Of a stretch of DNA of 64,000 bases, positions 45,653 through 55,782 are shown piece after piece. The stretch is taken from assembly GCA_963781725.1 (NCBI GenBank), contig CAWAGV010000002.1, positions 2,969,531 through 3,033,530 of the forward strand. The letters are read 5' to 3'. The translations under genes and the position numbers were made by a program. Numbering within the stretch: the stretch's first letter is position 1; each line of letters opens with the position of its first letter. Under the pieces are notes generated by a model that did not search any database, was not told where the DNA came from, and saw nothing but the letters and a program-made list of their open reading frames with translations. Origin of the DNA: an uncultured Alphaproteobacteria bacterium. Lineage in GTDB: Bacteria; Pseudomonadota; Alphaproteobacteria; Rhizobiales; Xanthobacteraceae.

Positions 45653-46573
45653 GTGGAGCTGCGCCATCTGCGTTATTTCATTGCCGTTGCCGAGGAAGGC
45701 AGCCTGACCAATGCCGCCGAGCGCAGGCTCCATACCGCGCAGCCATCGCTGAGCCGGCAGATCCGCGATCTCGAACTCGAAGTCGGTGTCCCGTTGCTGG
45801 AGCGCGGCGCGCGCGGCATCGCGCTGACCGCGGCCGGCCGCACCTTTCTCGATCACGCGCGTCTGGCGCTGCTGCAGGTCGATGCCGCTGGTGAAGCGGC
45901 GCGGCGGGCGGCCCAGCCGGAGAAGCGGGCCTTTACGATCGGCTTCCTGGCCGGACAGGAACTGGTGTGGCTGCCGGAGGCGCTGCGCATTCTTCGCGGC
46001 GAGCAGCCGGACACCGAGATCACGCTGGCGAGCCAGTCATCGCCGGAGCTTGCCGGCGCGCTGATGCGCGGCAAGGTGGACCTGGCGTTTCTCCGACGCG
46101 AAAAGGATGCCCCCGGCATTACATTCAAATCTCTGATCCAGGAGCCGCTGGTCGCGGTGCTGCCGGCCGGTCATCGCCTCGCCGCGCAAAGTGCGGTGCG
46201 CGTCCACGACTTCGCCGACGAAATCTACATCTCACCGACGCGGGTGGCGCCAGCCTTGAAAGCGGTGATCGAAAATTACGCGGCAAAATCGGGCGTCGTT
46301 TTGCAACCGAAATACGATGCCGAAAACCTGTCCGCGGTGCTGTCGCTGGTGACGTCGACGGGCGGCGTGACGCTTATGCCGCTCTACGTCAAGATGATGC
46401 TGCCGTCTTCAGTCGTCATTCGCCGGCTGCAAGGCGAAGCGCCGACGATCGAACTGGTTCTCGGTTACAGCAGGTCGAATACCTCGGCACTGCTGAAGCG
46501 ATTTCTGGCTCGCGTGGATCAGTTGGTTGCCAACGTGGCGCGGCCCGACGCGGATTTTTTGTCCGTGCCTTAG
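45653..46573 (+). CDS. LysR family transcriptional regulator
   Basis: MELRHLRYFIAVAEEGSLTNAAERRLHTAQPSLSRQIRDLE is a classic LTTR N-terminus. Confidence 0.92.
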   Translation: MELRHLRYFIAVAEEGSLTNAAERRLHTAQPSLSRQIRDLELEVGVPLLERGARGIALTAAGRTFLDHARLALLQVDAAGEAARRAAQPEKRAFTIGFLAGQELVWLPEALRILRGEQPDTEITLASQSSPELAGALMRGKVDLAFLRREKDAPGITFKSLIQEPLVAVLPAGHRLAAQSAVRVHDFADEIYISPTRVAPALKAVIENYAAKSGVVLQPKYDAENLSAVLSLVTSTGGVTLMPLYVKMMLPSSVVIRRLQGEAPTIELVLGYSRSNTSALLKRFLARVDQLVANVARPDADFLSVP

Positions 46574-46713
46574 TTGAGCCATCCGAAATCAGAAGTCGTT
46601 GAGTCGATCGACGCCTCCATTCTCAATCCGAAGGCCAATGCAGACCTTGTGGTCGGCGGAAATTTCCAATAAGCCGTTCTGCTCGGTTCTGTTTGGCTAG
46701 CGTCGGCGTCTCA

Positions 46714-46968
46714 ATGGTCGAAGTCTCCGTCCATCTGCTTTATTTATTTTTGGCTTTTGCCGAAGTTCTGGTGCTTCTCGCATCGGCGATGGGTTTATTG
46801 GGGTTCGTCGTCTGGCGGCTGGCAAAAAAGATTCTCGACATCCTGGATGCGGGCGTAACCGCGAAATCGCCCGATACGCAGCCTCCGATCAAGACTTCAA
46901 GTCCACTTGGCGCAATGGCCGGGCGGCGTGCCCGCCAAATCCCAGGCGGCCACAACGAGCGTTTCTGA
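46714..46968 (+). CDS. hypothetical small membrane protein
   Basis: One strong hydrophobic helix (LLYLFLAFAEVLVLLASAMGLLGFVVW) and no recognisable family. It lies in an otherwise empty 446-nt gap. Confidence 0.3.
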   Translation: MVEVSVHLLYLFLAFAEVLVLLASAMGLLGFVVWRLAKKILDILDAGVTAKSPDTQPPIKTSSPLGAMAGRRARQIPGGHNERF

Positions 46969-47019
46969 TCAGCATCGCGCCGGAGCCTTATCCCGGCTTC
47001 GGATCATGAGCAAAGTGCC

Positions 47020-48540
47020 TCAATTGCGCACGGCCCGTTCCATCGCCAGTTCTTCGCGAAGGTTTTCGGCGTCGCGGAAGATCGAGGCGACGGCGAGCAG
47101 GGTGCCTTTGTTCCGGTAACGCAGCAGGCAATCCTTTGCCTTGATGTCGCCTTCGATGGCGATTTCGTCCCAGTGCTCGGCGTGTCCCACATAGTTGATC
47201 GGGATGTCGTAGTGCTGGCTCCAGAAGAACGGCACGGCGTTGAACGGCTCCGCCATGCCCAGCATATTGCGCGCCGCAGTTTGGCCCTGCCGTTCGGCAA
47301 CGACCCAATGCTCGACCCGGATGCTTTGTCCGGAATGCGGATCCGGCCAGCGGGCGATATCGCCGGCGGCATAGACGCCGGGCGCACTGGTTTGCAGAAA
47401 TTGGTCGACAACGACGCCACGGTCGAGCTTGAGACCGGCTTTTTCAGCCAGACCGAGGCGCGGCCGCACGCCGACGCCGACGACGATCAGGTCGGCTTGC
47501 AGGCTGCCGCCGCTCTTGAGGGTGGCGCGCTTGCCGTCGATCGCAGTCACGGTGTCGTTGAGGTGAAAGATCACACCGTGCTCTTCATGCAGCGCCCGGA
47601 CGAAGTCGCCCATGTCCGGTCCGAGAATACGCTCCATCGGCCGCGCCTCCGGCGCCACCACATGGACTTCGATATCACGGGCGCGCAACGAGGCCGCCGC
47701 TTCCAGTCCGATGAAGCTTGCGCCGATCACGACGGCGCGCTTTGCATCTTTGGCGCCGGCGACGATGGCGCGGGAGTTGGAAAGCGATCGCAACGTATGC
47801 ACGTGGGGTTGGTCGGCTCCGGGAATCGGCAGGCGGACCGGTTCGGCGCCGGTCGCGAGCAACAGCCGGTCGTAGGGCACGTTTTCGCCGCCACCAATGA
47901 TGACTTCTTGCGTGTTCACTTCGATACTGACGACGTCCGAACCGAGGCGGAGGTCGATCTTGTTCGCGGTGTAGAAATCATCGGGCCGCAGCGGCAGCCA
48001 GTCTTCCGGAGCGCTGCCCGCAAGATAGTCTTTCGACAAATTGGGCCGGTCGACCGGCGGTGCGGAATCCTGGCTCAGCATGACGATGCTGCCGCTATAG
48101 CCGTGCCGCCGCAGCATTTCGGCCGCGGCAAGGCCGGCAGCACCGCCGCCGACGATTACCACCCGGCCCGGCACATTGGCCTTGGGGGTCGCGTGCGAAC
48201 CGGCGGGCTTGAGTTTTTCCCGGACAAAAATCTTGCCGTCGCGCTGTTCGACCTCCCAGCAGGCGAGGGGATCCAGCGCGGGAGCGCGGAGCGCTTCGCC
48301 GCTGCGCAAATCGAAGCAGGCATGGTGCCACGGGCAACGCACGGTTTTGTCGACGACGATGCCGTCGGCGAGCGGGCCATGATAGTGCGTGCAGAGCGAT
48401 CCCACGGCGAACAGGTCGGCGCCGATCCTGACCAGCAACACCTCGTCCTGGCCGACGTGCCCAACCAGCTTGTTGTCCTTGAATTGCGCGGGGGTGACGC
48501 CTTGGGTGAGATCCGGGCCGGACGGCTTTTCATCGGCCAT
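47020..48540 (-). CDS. Rieske [2Fe-2S] domain fused to FAD/NAD(P)-dependent ferredoxin-reductase-type oxidoreductase
   Basis: N-terminal CTHYHG-x14-CPWHH, then VVIVGGGAAGLAAAE (FAD) and VVIGASFIGLEAA (NAD) dinucleotide motifs. Confidence 0.88.
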   Translation of the reverse strand: MADEKPSGPDLTQGVTPAQFKDNKLVGHVGQDEVLLVRIGADLFAVGSLCTHYHGPLADGIVVDKTVRCPWHHACFDLRSGEALRAPALDPLACWEVEQRDGKIFVREKLKPAGSHATPKANVPGRVVIVGGGAAGLAAAEMLRRHGYSGSIVMLSQDSAPPVDRPNLSKDYLAGSAPEDWLPLRPDDFYTANKIDLRLGSDVVSIEVNTQEVIIGGGENVPYDRLLLATGAEPVRLPIPGADQPHVHTLRSLSNSRAIVAGAKDAKRAVVIGASFIGLEAAASLRARDIEVHVVAPEARPMERILGPDMGDFVRALHEEHGVIFHLNDTVTAIDGKRATLKSGGSLQADLIVVGVGVRPRLGLAEKAGLKLDRGVVVDQFLQTSAPGVYAAGDIARWPDPHSGQSIRVEHWVVAERQGQTAARNMLGMAEPFNAVPFFWSQHYDIPINYVGHAEHWDEIAIEGDIKAKDCLLRYRNKGTLLAVASIFRDAENLREELAMERAVRN

Positions 48541-48712
48541 AGGGCGTCCTCCTTTTATGCGTCAAAGGGCATTCAATAATGTCTGGCGAAACTGGCGTTG
48601 ATGCAATGCGCGACGCACCGGCCTGACGGCGACATGATTTAAAGCAAACACCGTTTCCGGCCCGAATGTTCCAGAACCGCCGGCCGCAAGGCCGCGCCGA
48701 GCCCGAGGGTCC

Positions 48713-50248
48713 TCAGCGGCTGTCGATCAGTCGCAGGTCCGAAGGGAACAGGAGGACCGATGCCAGAACCAGAAGCGCAATCAGTCCGCTGAGCAGATAA
48801 ATGTCGTGCACCGAGCGGGCCAGTGCGTCGAGAACGCCCTGGATTCCCGGAATGCTGGCGATCTGCCGGTGGCCTTCCTGAAGCAGATGGACGAACTCGC
48901 TGCCGTTGAGCGAACCGCGGCTGGCGAGGCCGGCGTTGAAGATGCCGCCAAACACGGCGCTGCCAAACGACTGGCCGATCAGGCGCGAGAAGAACAGGCT
49001 CGACATCGCCGCACCGCGCTGCGACCAGTCGATATTGGACTGGATTGCGACTACGTAGGAAATGTTGGTTATGCCCATGCCGATTCCCATCACACCCGCG
49101 GCAATGATCGGCTGCAACGGGCTGGCGCCGGGATGAAGCAATATGAGCAATAAGCTTCCGCTTACGAGAATGATGCCGCCGATCGTTGTGGAATGACGAT
49201 ACGACATCCGGAGCACGAGGCGGCTGCCAACGAAGCCGCCGGTTGGCCACAGCACCGACATGGCGCCGAGCGCAAAGCCTGCGGTCAACGCGCTCGATCC
49301 CATCAGGCCCTGCATGTACACCGGCAGAAACCCGACCACCGCCATCGAGATCGCGCCATTGGCGGCACCAGTCCAGTTGCCGCCGGCAACGATGCGGTTG
49401 CGATATAACCGGACCGGGATCATCGGCTCGGATATCCGGCTTTCGTAGAAAATGAGTGCCGCGAGCAGCACCGCGGATACGCAGAGCGCTCCGGCCAATG
49501 CGACGACGTTGAATGTATCGGCGTGCATCAGCACGATCATGATGAGCGCGGTCGCGGATGCCATCAGCGCCGCGCCGATGTAATCGATGTGATGTTTGCG
49601 CTTCTGCACATTCTCCTTGAGTGCGACGATGAGCAGGGACGCGGCGATGATGCCGAGCGGGATATTGATCCAGAAAATCGCCTTCCAGCTCACATGGGTG
49701 GCGATTAGCCCGCCGATCATCGGTCCAACGATGGCGGCGCTGCCAAACGTGCTCGATATGTAGCCCTGCATCCGCGCGCGCGCTTCGCCGCTGTAGATAT
49801 CCGCAACGACGGTTTGCGATACGGGAATCAGCGCACCGGCGCCGATACCCTGCACGACGCGGAATGCGATCAGCGACATCATATTCCACGCCAGTCCGCA
49901 CAGCGCCGAGCCGACCAGAAAGACGGCAATCCCGAACAGCAGGACCGGCTTGCGGCCGTAGAGGTCAGCCAGGCGGCCGTAAATCGGGATCAGGATCGCC
50001 TGCGTCAGCAGATAAGCGCCGAAGATCCAGCTGAACAGGTCGATGCCGCCCAGCGCGCCGACGATCGTCGGCATCGCGGTGGCGACAATCGTTCCTTCGA
50101 TCGCCGCCATGAAAATCGTCGACAGCGCCGCCGCGAACACCAACGGCCGATGCGGCGGTGTTCCGGGTTCTGCGGTCCGCTTTGGGGAAGCAGACATTGG
50201 GCTCGTTCGAGGACGAGTTTCGGCGTCTGTTGCAATGTCCATCATCAA
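48713..50248 (-). CDS. MFS transporter, DHA2 (14-TMS, EmrB/QacA-like)
   Basis: 511 aa. The MPTIVGALGG...YGRLADLYGRKPV motif region is typical of drug:H+ antiporter-2 proteins. Confidence 0.85.
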   Translation of the reverse strand: MMMDIATDAETRPRTSPMSASPKRTAEPGTPPHRPLVFAAALSTIFMAAIEGTIVATAMPTIVGALGGIDLFSWIFGAYLLTQAILIPIYGRLADLYGRKPVLLFGIAVFLVGSALCGLAWNMMSLIAFRVVQGIGAGALIPVSQTVVADIYSGEARARMQGYISSTFGSAAIVGPMIGGLIATHVSWKAIFWINIPLGIIAASLLIVALKENVQKRKHHIDYIGAALMASATALIMIVLMHADTFNVVALAGALCVSAVLLAALIFYESRISEPMIPVRLYRNRIVAGGNWTGAANGAISMAVVGFLPVYMQGLMGSSALTAGFALGAMSVLWPTGGFVGSRLVLRMSYRHSTTIGGIILVSGSLLLILLHPGASPLQPIIAAGVMGIGMGITNISYVVAIQSNIDWSQRGAAMSSLFFSRLIGQSFGSAVFGGIFNAGLASRGSLNGSEFVHLLQEGHRQIASIPGIQGVLDALARSVHDIYLLSGLIALLVLASVLLFPSDLRLIDSR

Positions 50249-50470
50249 GCCGGATCGGGCACGAACGTGCCGTGCAAACGGCCAACGCTTCAGCGAAATA
50301 GTTTCGCTGCTTCAAGCCGTGCAAGAGATTCTGGCGCGTTTTGACAGCGCCGCCGCGACTTGTCCAGCGTTGCGGCTCTGCGTTCCGCTCGTGGCCGCAA
50401 CCCTGAAACAGCAGGGCCATTTATGTGCCGGTTACACGGTCGTGCCGGTTGCGCGCGGTTGCCGCCCCGT

Positions 50471-50785
50471 TCAGTTTCCTTCCGCCGATTTCGGCGCGGC
50501 GTCCGGATTCCACTGGCCGCGGCGCATCCGTGTGATCTTCACCGACTTGAAGGTGCCCGCGCACCGCAACGGCTCGTTGGCCGAGAACGCCTCGGCCGCC
50601 GCGCGGTTCGGCACGTTGATGATCAGCACGCTGCCGACACGTTCGTCGCTGTCGTCGGCCAGCGTCGCGCCGCCCAGCACCAGGATGTCCTTATGTTGCT
50701 CCAGATATTCGAAATGGCTCTTCCTGGCGCGCTCGCGGCCCGCCGCGCCGTCCGGCCCGTCTTCCTGATAGATAATGTACAGCAT
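50471..50785 (-). CDS. YciI family protein
   Basis: 104 aa; MLYIIYQEDGPD...HFEYLEQHKDILVLGGA fits the YciI-like fold family. Confidence 0.8.
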   Translation of the reverse strand: MLYIIYQEDGPDGAAGRERARKSHFEYLEQHKDILVLGGATLADDSDERVGSVLIINVPNRAAAEAFSANEPLRCAGTFKSVKITRMRRGQWNPDAAPKSAEGN

Positions 50786-50822
50786 TATTTTCTGCCTGCG
50801 CTTTGAGTCCCGTGCCTGACGC

Positions 50823-52205
50823 TCACCCCGCGATTGCCTCCAGCCGCCGTTTCACCACCGCGGGGCCGAAGCCGCCGATGACGATGAATACGATCACCAT
50901 CGCGCCGGCGATGAAGGTGAACACGCCGGTGGTGCCGTAATTGCCGAGCAGGAAGGCGATGATGAAGCCGGAGAAGATCGCCGAGAAGCGGCTCCACGAA
51001 TAGACGAAGCCGACCGCCTGGGCGCGAATGCGGGTCGGATAGAGCTCGGCCTGGTAGGCGTGGAACGAGAATGACATCCAGTTGTTGCACAGCGTGATCA
51101 GCAGCCCGCAAATGATCACGCCGGCTGCAGTGGTCTGCTGCGCGAACAAGAGGCCGGACGCGGCGATGCCGATCGCCGCCCAGGCGATCTGCCATTTCCG
51201 TTCGAACCGGTCGGCGAACAGCACGCCGACCAGCGGCCCGATCGGGGCGGCGATCGCGATGATGAAAGTGTAGGCCAGCGACCGCGTCACTTCGATGTGC
51301 TGCGAGATCAGAAGCTGCGGCACCCAGCTCGAAAAGCCGTAATAGCCGATGGTCTGGACCAGATTGTAGATCACCAGCATGATGGTGCGGCTGCGATAGT
51401 CGGGTCCCCACATTTCCATCCACGCGCCCGGCTTCTGCGCGGTCTCGCCTGCGACGGTTTGAGGCGGCGGCAGGTCGTGGCCGATGTCGGCGCGGATCTT
51501 CTGCTCGAGATCGGAAACGATGGCTTCGGCCTCGGCCTTGCGGCCGTGCTGCTCGAGCCAGCGCGCCAATTCCGGCAGAGTGCGCCGGATCCACCAGATC
51601 ACCGCGGCGCCGATCGAGCCGATGATGACGACCCAGCGCCAGCCGTCGAGCCCCCAGATAGTCAGCGGCACCAGTTGCCACGCGATGAAGGCGACCACCG
51701 GCACGGCGGTGAACATGACGAACTGATTGTAGGCGAAGGCAGGGCCGCGCTCTTCCTTGGGAACCAGCTCGGACACGTAAGTGTCGACGTTCACCAGTTC
51801 GACGCCGAGCCCGATGCTGGCGATGAAGCGCCACAGGTCGATGCTCTCCGGCGAATTCTGGAACGCCATAATCAGCGCGCCGATCGAGTACCACAGCAGC
51901 GCGAAGGTGAAGATCGAGCGGCGGCCGTAGCGGTCGGCCAGCCAGCTGAAAGCCAAGGTGCCGACAAACAGTCCGGCAAACAGCGCGGCGACGAAGCTGG
52001 CAAAGCCTTGCAGGTCGAACAGGCCCTGTGTGGTCGGCGTGAACAGCTTGGCCTTGAACAGGCCGATGGCGATGTAGGCGGTGAAGAACAGGTCGTAGAA
52101 CTCGAACCAGCCGCCGAGCGATACCAGCGTCACCAGCCGGCGCGTATGACGCGATGGCGGCAAGCGGTCGAGCCGCGCCGCAACCGTGACCGCAGAATCC
52201 GTCAT
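50823..52205 (-). CDS. MFS transporter (metabolite/sugar porter type)
   Basis: ATG 52205 (MTDSAVTVAARLDRLPPSRHTRR...). LADRYGRR loop motif. The track ORF extends to 52361. Confidence 0.85.
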   Translation of the reverse strand: MTDSAVTVAARLDRLPPSRHTRRLVTLVSLGGWFEFYDLFFTAYIAIGLFKAKLFTPTTQGLFDLQGFASFVAALFAGLFVGTLAFSWLADRYGRRSIFTFALLWYSIGALIMAFQNSPESIDLWRFIASIGLGVELVNVDTYVSELVPKEERGPAFAYNQFVMFTAVPVVAFIAWQLVPLTIWGLDGWRWVVIIGSIGAAVIWWIRRTLPELARWLEQHGRKAEAEAIVSDLEQKIRADIGHDLPPPQTVAGETAQKPGAWMEMWGPDYRSRTIMLVIYNLVQTIGYYGFSSWVPQLLISQHIEVTRSLAYTFIIAIAAPIGPLVGVLFADRFERKWQIAWAAIGIAASGLLFAQQTTAAGVIICGLLITLCNNWMSFSFHAYQAELYPTRIRAQAVGFVYSWSRFSAIFSGFIIAFLLGNYGTTGVFTFIAGAMVIVFIVIGGFGPAVVKRRLEAIAG

Positions 52206-52434
52206 GTGAAATGCCTCCCCACGCCCACTATTCTTATTTTCTATTGGGCAGGCAACTCTATCAGGGTGCGGTGCTGCCCTGTCAAACGATCGGAGCGCCA
52301 TCGGTTTGTGCGGACGGCCCGATTTTTCTTTTCTGTTTCGCCTATCGCTCGCCGCGTCCAAGCATCAATTTTGCCATCTTTGCGACGACGATAGTGTGAA
52401 GGATGCCGGGCCGCGGTGCGCGGGGGGACATGCG

Positions 52435-52785
52435 ATGGCGGAGGGTGATGCGGCCTATGCCATGGCCATTGAATCGGCTGCGATCGCGTTTGCAGCCTGC
52501 GACCGGCGGCTTGGCCCGCAGCTAAGCGAGGCCTTTGCCGAGGCGCTTGAGTTGCGGGGCGCCGCGGCGGCCGGCGGCCTTTATCGCAAGAGCACGGTGA
52601 TCGAGGTGCTGGACAAGGTGTTCGGACGCGTCGTCGATCTTTACGCCGCGGACCTGGTGCCAGTGCGGGAGCACGTTCTGCGTGAACGCGCCGAAATGCT
52701 GCTGCGCAAAATCCTCGCCGAGGTCAGCACCGATTTCCTGGTGGAGTGGCCATTTCCTGAGCGGAACGGCGACGACGCGAATTAG
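52435..52785 (+). CDS. hypothetical protein
   Basis: 116 aa from ATG 52435. GC3-rich codon pattern consistent with coding. Helical, no family recognised. Confidence 0.45.
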   Translation: MAEGDAAYAMAIESAAIAFAACDRRLGPQLSEAFAEALELRGAAAAGGLYRKSTVIEVLDKVFGRVVDLYAADLVPVREHVLRERAEMLLRKILAEVSTDFLVEWPFPERNGDDAN

Positions 52786-52899
52786 GCTGTAGCCCGGGGC
52801 GATCTGCTCGGCCGTCCAGCGGGGCGGCGAGCCCCTTCGTTTACTCGGTCCGGCGCGGGCGGTACGGTTCGCTCACGATAACGGGCGCCGGGGACCGCA

Positions 52900-54189
52900 A
52901 TGAGCGCGACGACAGGAACATTGACCGCAACGCCCGGCGAGGGGCACGGCGCTGCGGAGGCGACTCGGCTGATCGTCGCCGCTTCGCTCGGCAACGCCCT
53001 CGAATTCTATGAGATCCTGGTCTACGGCTATTTCGCCGTCGTCATCGCGAAGGTGTTCTTCCCGGCTGCCGACGAAGCCGTTTCGCTGCTCGTCACCTTC
53101 GGCACTTTCGGCGCCTCGTTTCTGGCGCGGCCGGTCGGCGCGATTTTCCTCGGTGCTTACGGCGACCGCAAAGGCCGCAAGGCGGCGCTCACGCTGTCGA
53201 TTTTTCTGATGACCATCGGCACCGGCTTGATGACGATCATGCCGAGCTACGCCACGCTCGGGCTATTGTCTCCGGCGCTGGTGATTGCCGCGCGCCTCCT
53301 GCAAGGCTTTTCGGTCGGCGGCGAATTTGCGAGCTCGACTGCATTCCTGGTCGAGCACCGGCCGGACCGCGCCGGCTTCTTCGCCAGCTGGCAATGGGCG
53401 AGCCAGGGGCTGGCGGCGCTGATCGCAACTGGTTTCGGCGTGCTGCTGACCAGCACGATGTCGGCAGCGGATCTGCAAGCCTGGGGCTGGCGCATTCCGT
53501 TCGCGTTCGGATTGCTGATCGGCCCGGTCGGCTACTATGTGCGCAGCCACATGGCGGAAACCCCGGAATTCGTCGATGCCGGCGCGGCGCGCGCACCGGT
53601 GCGCGATCTTCTGGTCACGCAATGGGACCGTCTGCTGCTGGCGACCGGCGCGGTCGTTGCCTCGACCAGTTCGCAATACATGATCGTCTACATGCCGACC
53701 TACGCAATCCGCGAACTGCACCTGCCGCAGTCGGTGGGTTTCATGGCGGCGGTTCTTGCCGCCGCCCTGCAGTCGCTGGTCGTGCCTCTCGTGGGTCTCC
53801 TGGTCGACAAGACCGGGCAAATTCCGGTGATGATCTGCGCCGCGACGCTGTTCGTCGTCAGCGCCTATCCGGCTTTTGCGCTGCTCGGCGCCAATGCGTC
53901 GATGCCGGTGCTGATCGCGATGGTATGCTGGCTCGGCCTGCTGAAATCATTCTATAGCGGCGCGCTGCCGTCGCTGATGGCGAAGATTTTTCCGACTGTG
54001 ACGCGCGTGACCGGCATGTCGTTGAGCTACAATGTCGGCGTCGCGCTCTTCGGCGGCTTCGCGCCGCTGATCGCGCAAACCCTGATCGATGTCACCGGCT
54101 CAAAGCTCGCCCCGAGCTACTACATGACCGGGACCGCGCTGCTCAGCCTCGTGGCGGTCATTCTATTGCGGCGGCGCTACCGGGCCTGA
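52900..54189 (+). CDS. MFS transporter (metabolite:H+ symporter type)
   Basis: 429 aa; GAYGDRKGRK loop motif and 12 hydrophobic segments. Followed 2 nt later by an FAD monooxygenase gene. Confidence 0.88.
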   Translation: MSATTGTLTATPGEGHGAAEATRLIVAASLGNALEFYEILVYGYFAVVIAKVFFPAADEAVSLLVTFGTFGASFLARPVGAIFLGAYGDRKGRKAALTLSIFLMTIGTGLMTIMPSYATLGLLSPALVIAARLLQGFSVGGEFASSTAFLVEHRPDRAGFFASWQWASQGLAALIATGFGVLLTSTMSAADLQAWGWRIPFAFGLLIGPVGYYVRSHMAETPEFVDAGAARAPVRDLLVTQWDRLLLATGAVVASTSSQYMIVYMPTYAIRELHLPQSVGFMAAVLAAALQSLVVPLVGLLVDKTGQIPVMICAATLFVVSAYPAFALLGANASMPVLIAMVCWLGLLKSFYSGALPSLMAKIFPTVTRVTGMSLSYNVGVALFGGFAPLIAQTLIDVTGSKLAPSYYMTGTALLSLVAVILLRRRYRA

Positions 54190-54191
54190 TC

Positions 54192-55442
54192 ATGGACATC
54201 CTGATTGTCGGCGGCGGCATTGGCGGTCTGACGCTGGCGCTGTCGATCCACGCTTCGGCGCCGGACAGCAAAATCCGGATCTTCGAAGCCGCGCCGGATA
54301 TCCGTGCGCTCGGCGTCGGCATCAATTTGCAGCCGCACGCGGTGAAGGAGCTCAGCGCGCTCGGCCTGGAGGACGCGCTGGTCGCGGTGGCCTGCTTGCC
54401 GCAGGACTATGCCTTCTTCACGCGGCACGGACAGCTTGTCTATCGCGAGCCGTGGGGCAAGGCCGCGGGGCATCAATGGCCGCACACCTCGATCCATCGC
54501 GGCGAACTGCATCGCATTCTGCTGGACGCCGTGCAGCAACGGATCGGCGCGGCGAATTTCATCACCGGGCATCGCTGCGTCAGCGTCGCGCAGGACGATG
54601 CTTCGGTCACGGCGCGGTTTGCCGATCCGGAGGGCAAAGCTCTGCCGCCGCAACGCGGCGACATTCTCATCGCCTGCGACGGCATTCACTCCGCGGTGCG
54701 CGCGCAATTTTATCCGGACGAAGGCCCATTCTGCTTCCGCGGCACCAATCTGTGGCGCGGCGTAACGCGGCGGCCGCCGTTTTTGACCGGGCGCAGCATC
54801 GCGCGGATCGGCGCGCGGCACGCCACCATGATCATCTACCCGATCCGCGACAATATCGATGCGGCCGGCAATCAGCTCATCAACTGGGTGGCCGAGATCG
54901 AACAGCCGGTGGCGGTGCCGGTGGACTGGAGCAAGCCCGGGCGGCTCGAAGATTTCTATCCGACCTACCAGGACTGGACATTCGATTGGCTTGATGCGGC
55001 GGCGCTGATCCGCGATGCCGATTTCAACTTGTCCTATCCGATGGTGGACCGCGATCCGCTGCCGCGCTGGACGTTCGGGCGGGTGACGCTGCTCGGCGAC
55101 GCCGCGCACCCGATGTATCCGCAAGGCGGCAACGGCGGCGCGCAGGCGATCATCGATGCCGGCACGCTCGGCCGCCTGCTCGGGAGCGAGCCGGACCCGG
55201 TTGTGGCGCTGAAGGTCTATGAAGACACGCGGCTTCCGGCCACCAGCCGGATCGTGCTGCAAAATCGCTCGGCGCCGCCGAACGCCATCGTCGATGCCGT
55301 CGAGCAGAAAATCGGCGACCGGAGATTCGACCGCCTTGAGGACGTGATCAGCCGCGATGAACTGCGCGCGATTTTCGAGCGTTACCAGAAAGTCGCGGGT
55401 TATCATGTCGATCAGGTCGGGCGGAAATCTGCGGCGCAATGA
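54192..55442 (+). CDS. FAD-dependent aromatic-ring monooxygenase (salicylate / 3-hydroxybenzoate hydroxylase class)
   Basis: MDILIVGGGIGGLTLAL (GxGxxG), CDGIHS (DG motif) and LLGDAAHPMYPQGGNG (GD motif). Confidence 0.88.
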   Translation: MDILIVGGGIGGLTLALSIHASAPDSKIRIFEAAPDIRALGVGINLQPHAVKELSALGLEDALVAVACLPQDYAFFTRHGQLVYREPWGKAAGHQWPHTSIHRGELHRILLDAVQQRIGAANFITGHRCVSVAQDDASVTARFADPEGKALPPQRGDILIACDGIHSAVRAQFYPDEGPFCFRGTNLWRGVTRRPPFLTGRSIARIGARHATMIIYPIRDNIDAAGNQLINWVAEIEQPVAVPVDWSKPGRLEDFYPTYQDWTFDWLDAAALIRDADFNLSYPMVDRDPLPRWTFGRVTLLGDAAHPMYPQGGNGGAQAIIDAGTLGRLLGSEPDPVVALKVYEDTRLPATSRIVLQNRSAPPNAIVDAVEQKIGDRRFDRLEDVISRDELRAIFERYQKVAGYHVDQVGRKSAAQ

Positions 55443-55484
55443 AGTTCGCCGCGCCATAGCGGTCCGCTTCAGGGAGTAAACGGC

Positions 55485-55733
55485 ATGCAGACCAACGGCG
55501 GTTACTGGTTTCCCGCAAAGCGCTACGGCTGGGGATGGGGTTTCCCGATCACCTGGCAAGGCTGGCTGGTGCTTGCCGCATTCTTCGCGCTGGTTCTGCT
55601 CGGCATCTATCTGTTCCCGCCGCGGCAATCGCTCGCCGCTTTTCTCCTGTATGTTGTCGCGTTTACCGTGCTGCTCGTCGGCGTGTGCTGGCTCAAGGGC
55701 GAACCGCCGCGCTGGCGCTGGGGCAACGACTAG
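55485..55733 (+). CDS. hypothetical Trp-rich small membrane protein
   Basis: 82 aa; YWFPAKRYGWGWGFPITWQGW followed by two hydrophobic helices. Confidence 0.5.
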   Translation: MQTNGGYWFPAKRYGWGWGFPITWQGWLVLAAFFALVLLGIYLFPPRQSLAAFLLYVVAFTVLLVGVCWLKGEPPRWRWGND

Positions 55734-55782
55734 ATCCGGCTCGGAGCGCGCTTTTTTCCGGATCATGCTCTAGGTTCGGCCG

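Noticed and set aside
47173-48579. 468-aa plus-strand ORF
   Set aside because: It is antisense to the Rieske-FAD oxidoreductase gene, which has Rieske and two Rossmann motifs. The antisense product has no motifs and a biased composition.
48639-52394. Off-frame and antisense ORFs 48639-49901, 49814-50344, 50043-50768, 50785-51894 and 51297-52394
   Set aside because: All overlap the two MFS genes or the YciI gene. Only the chosen frames give transmembrane-helix periodicity and MFS loop motifs.
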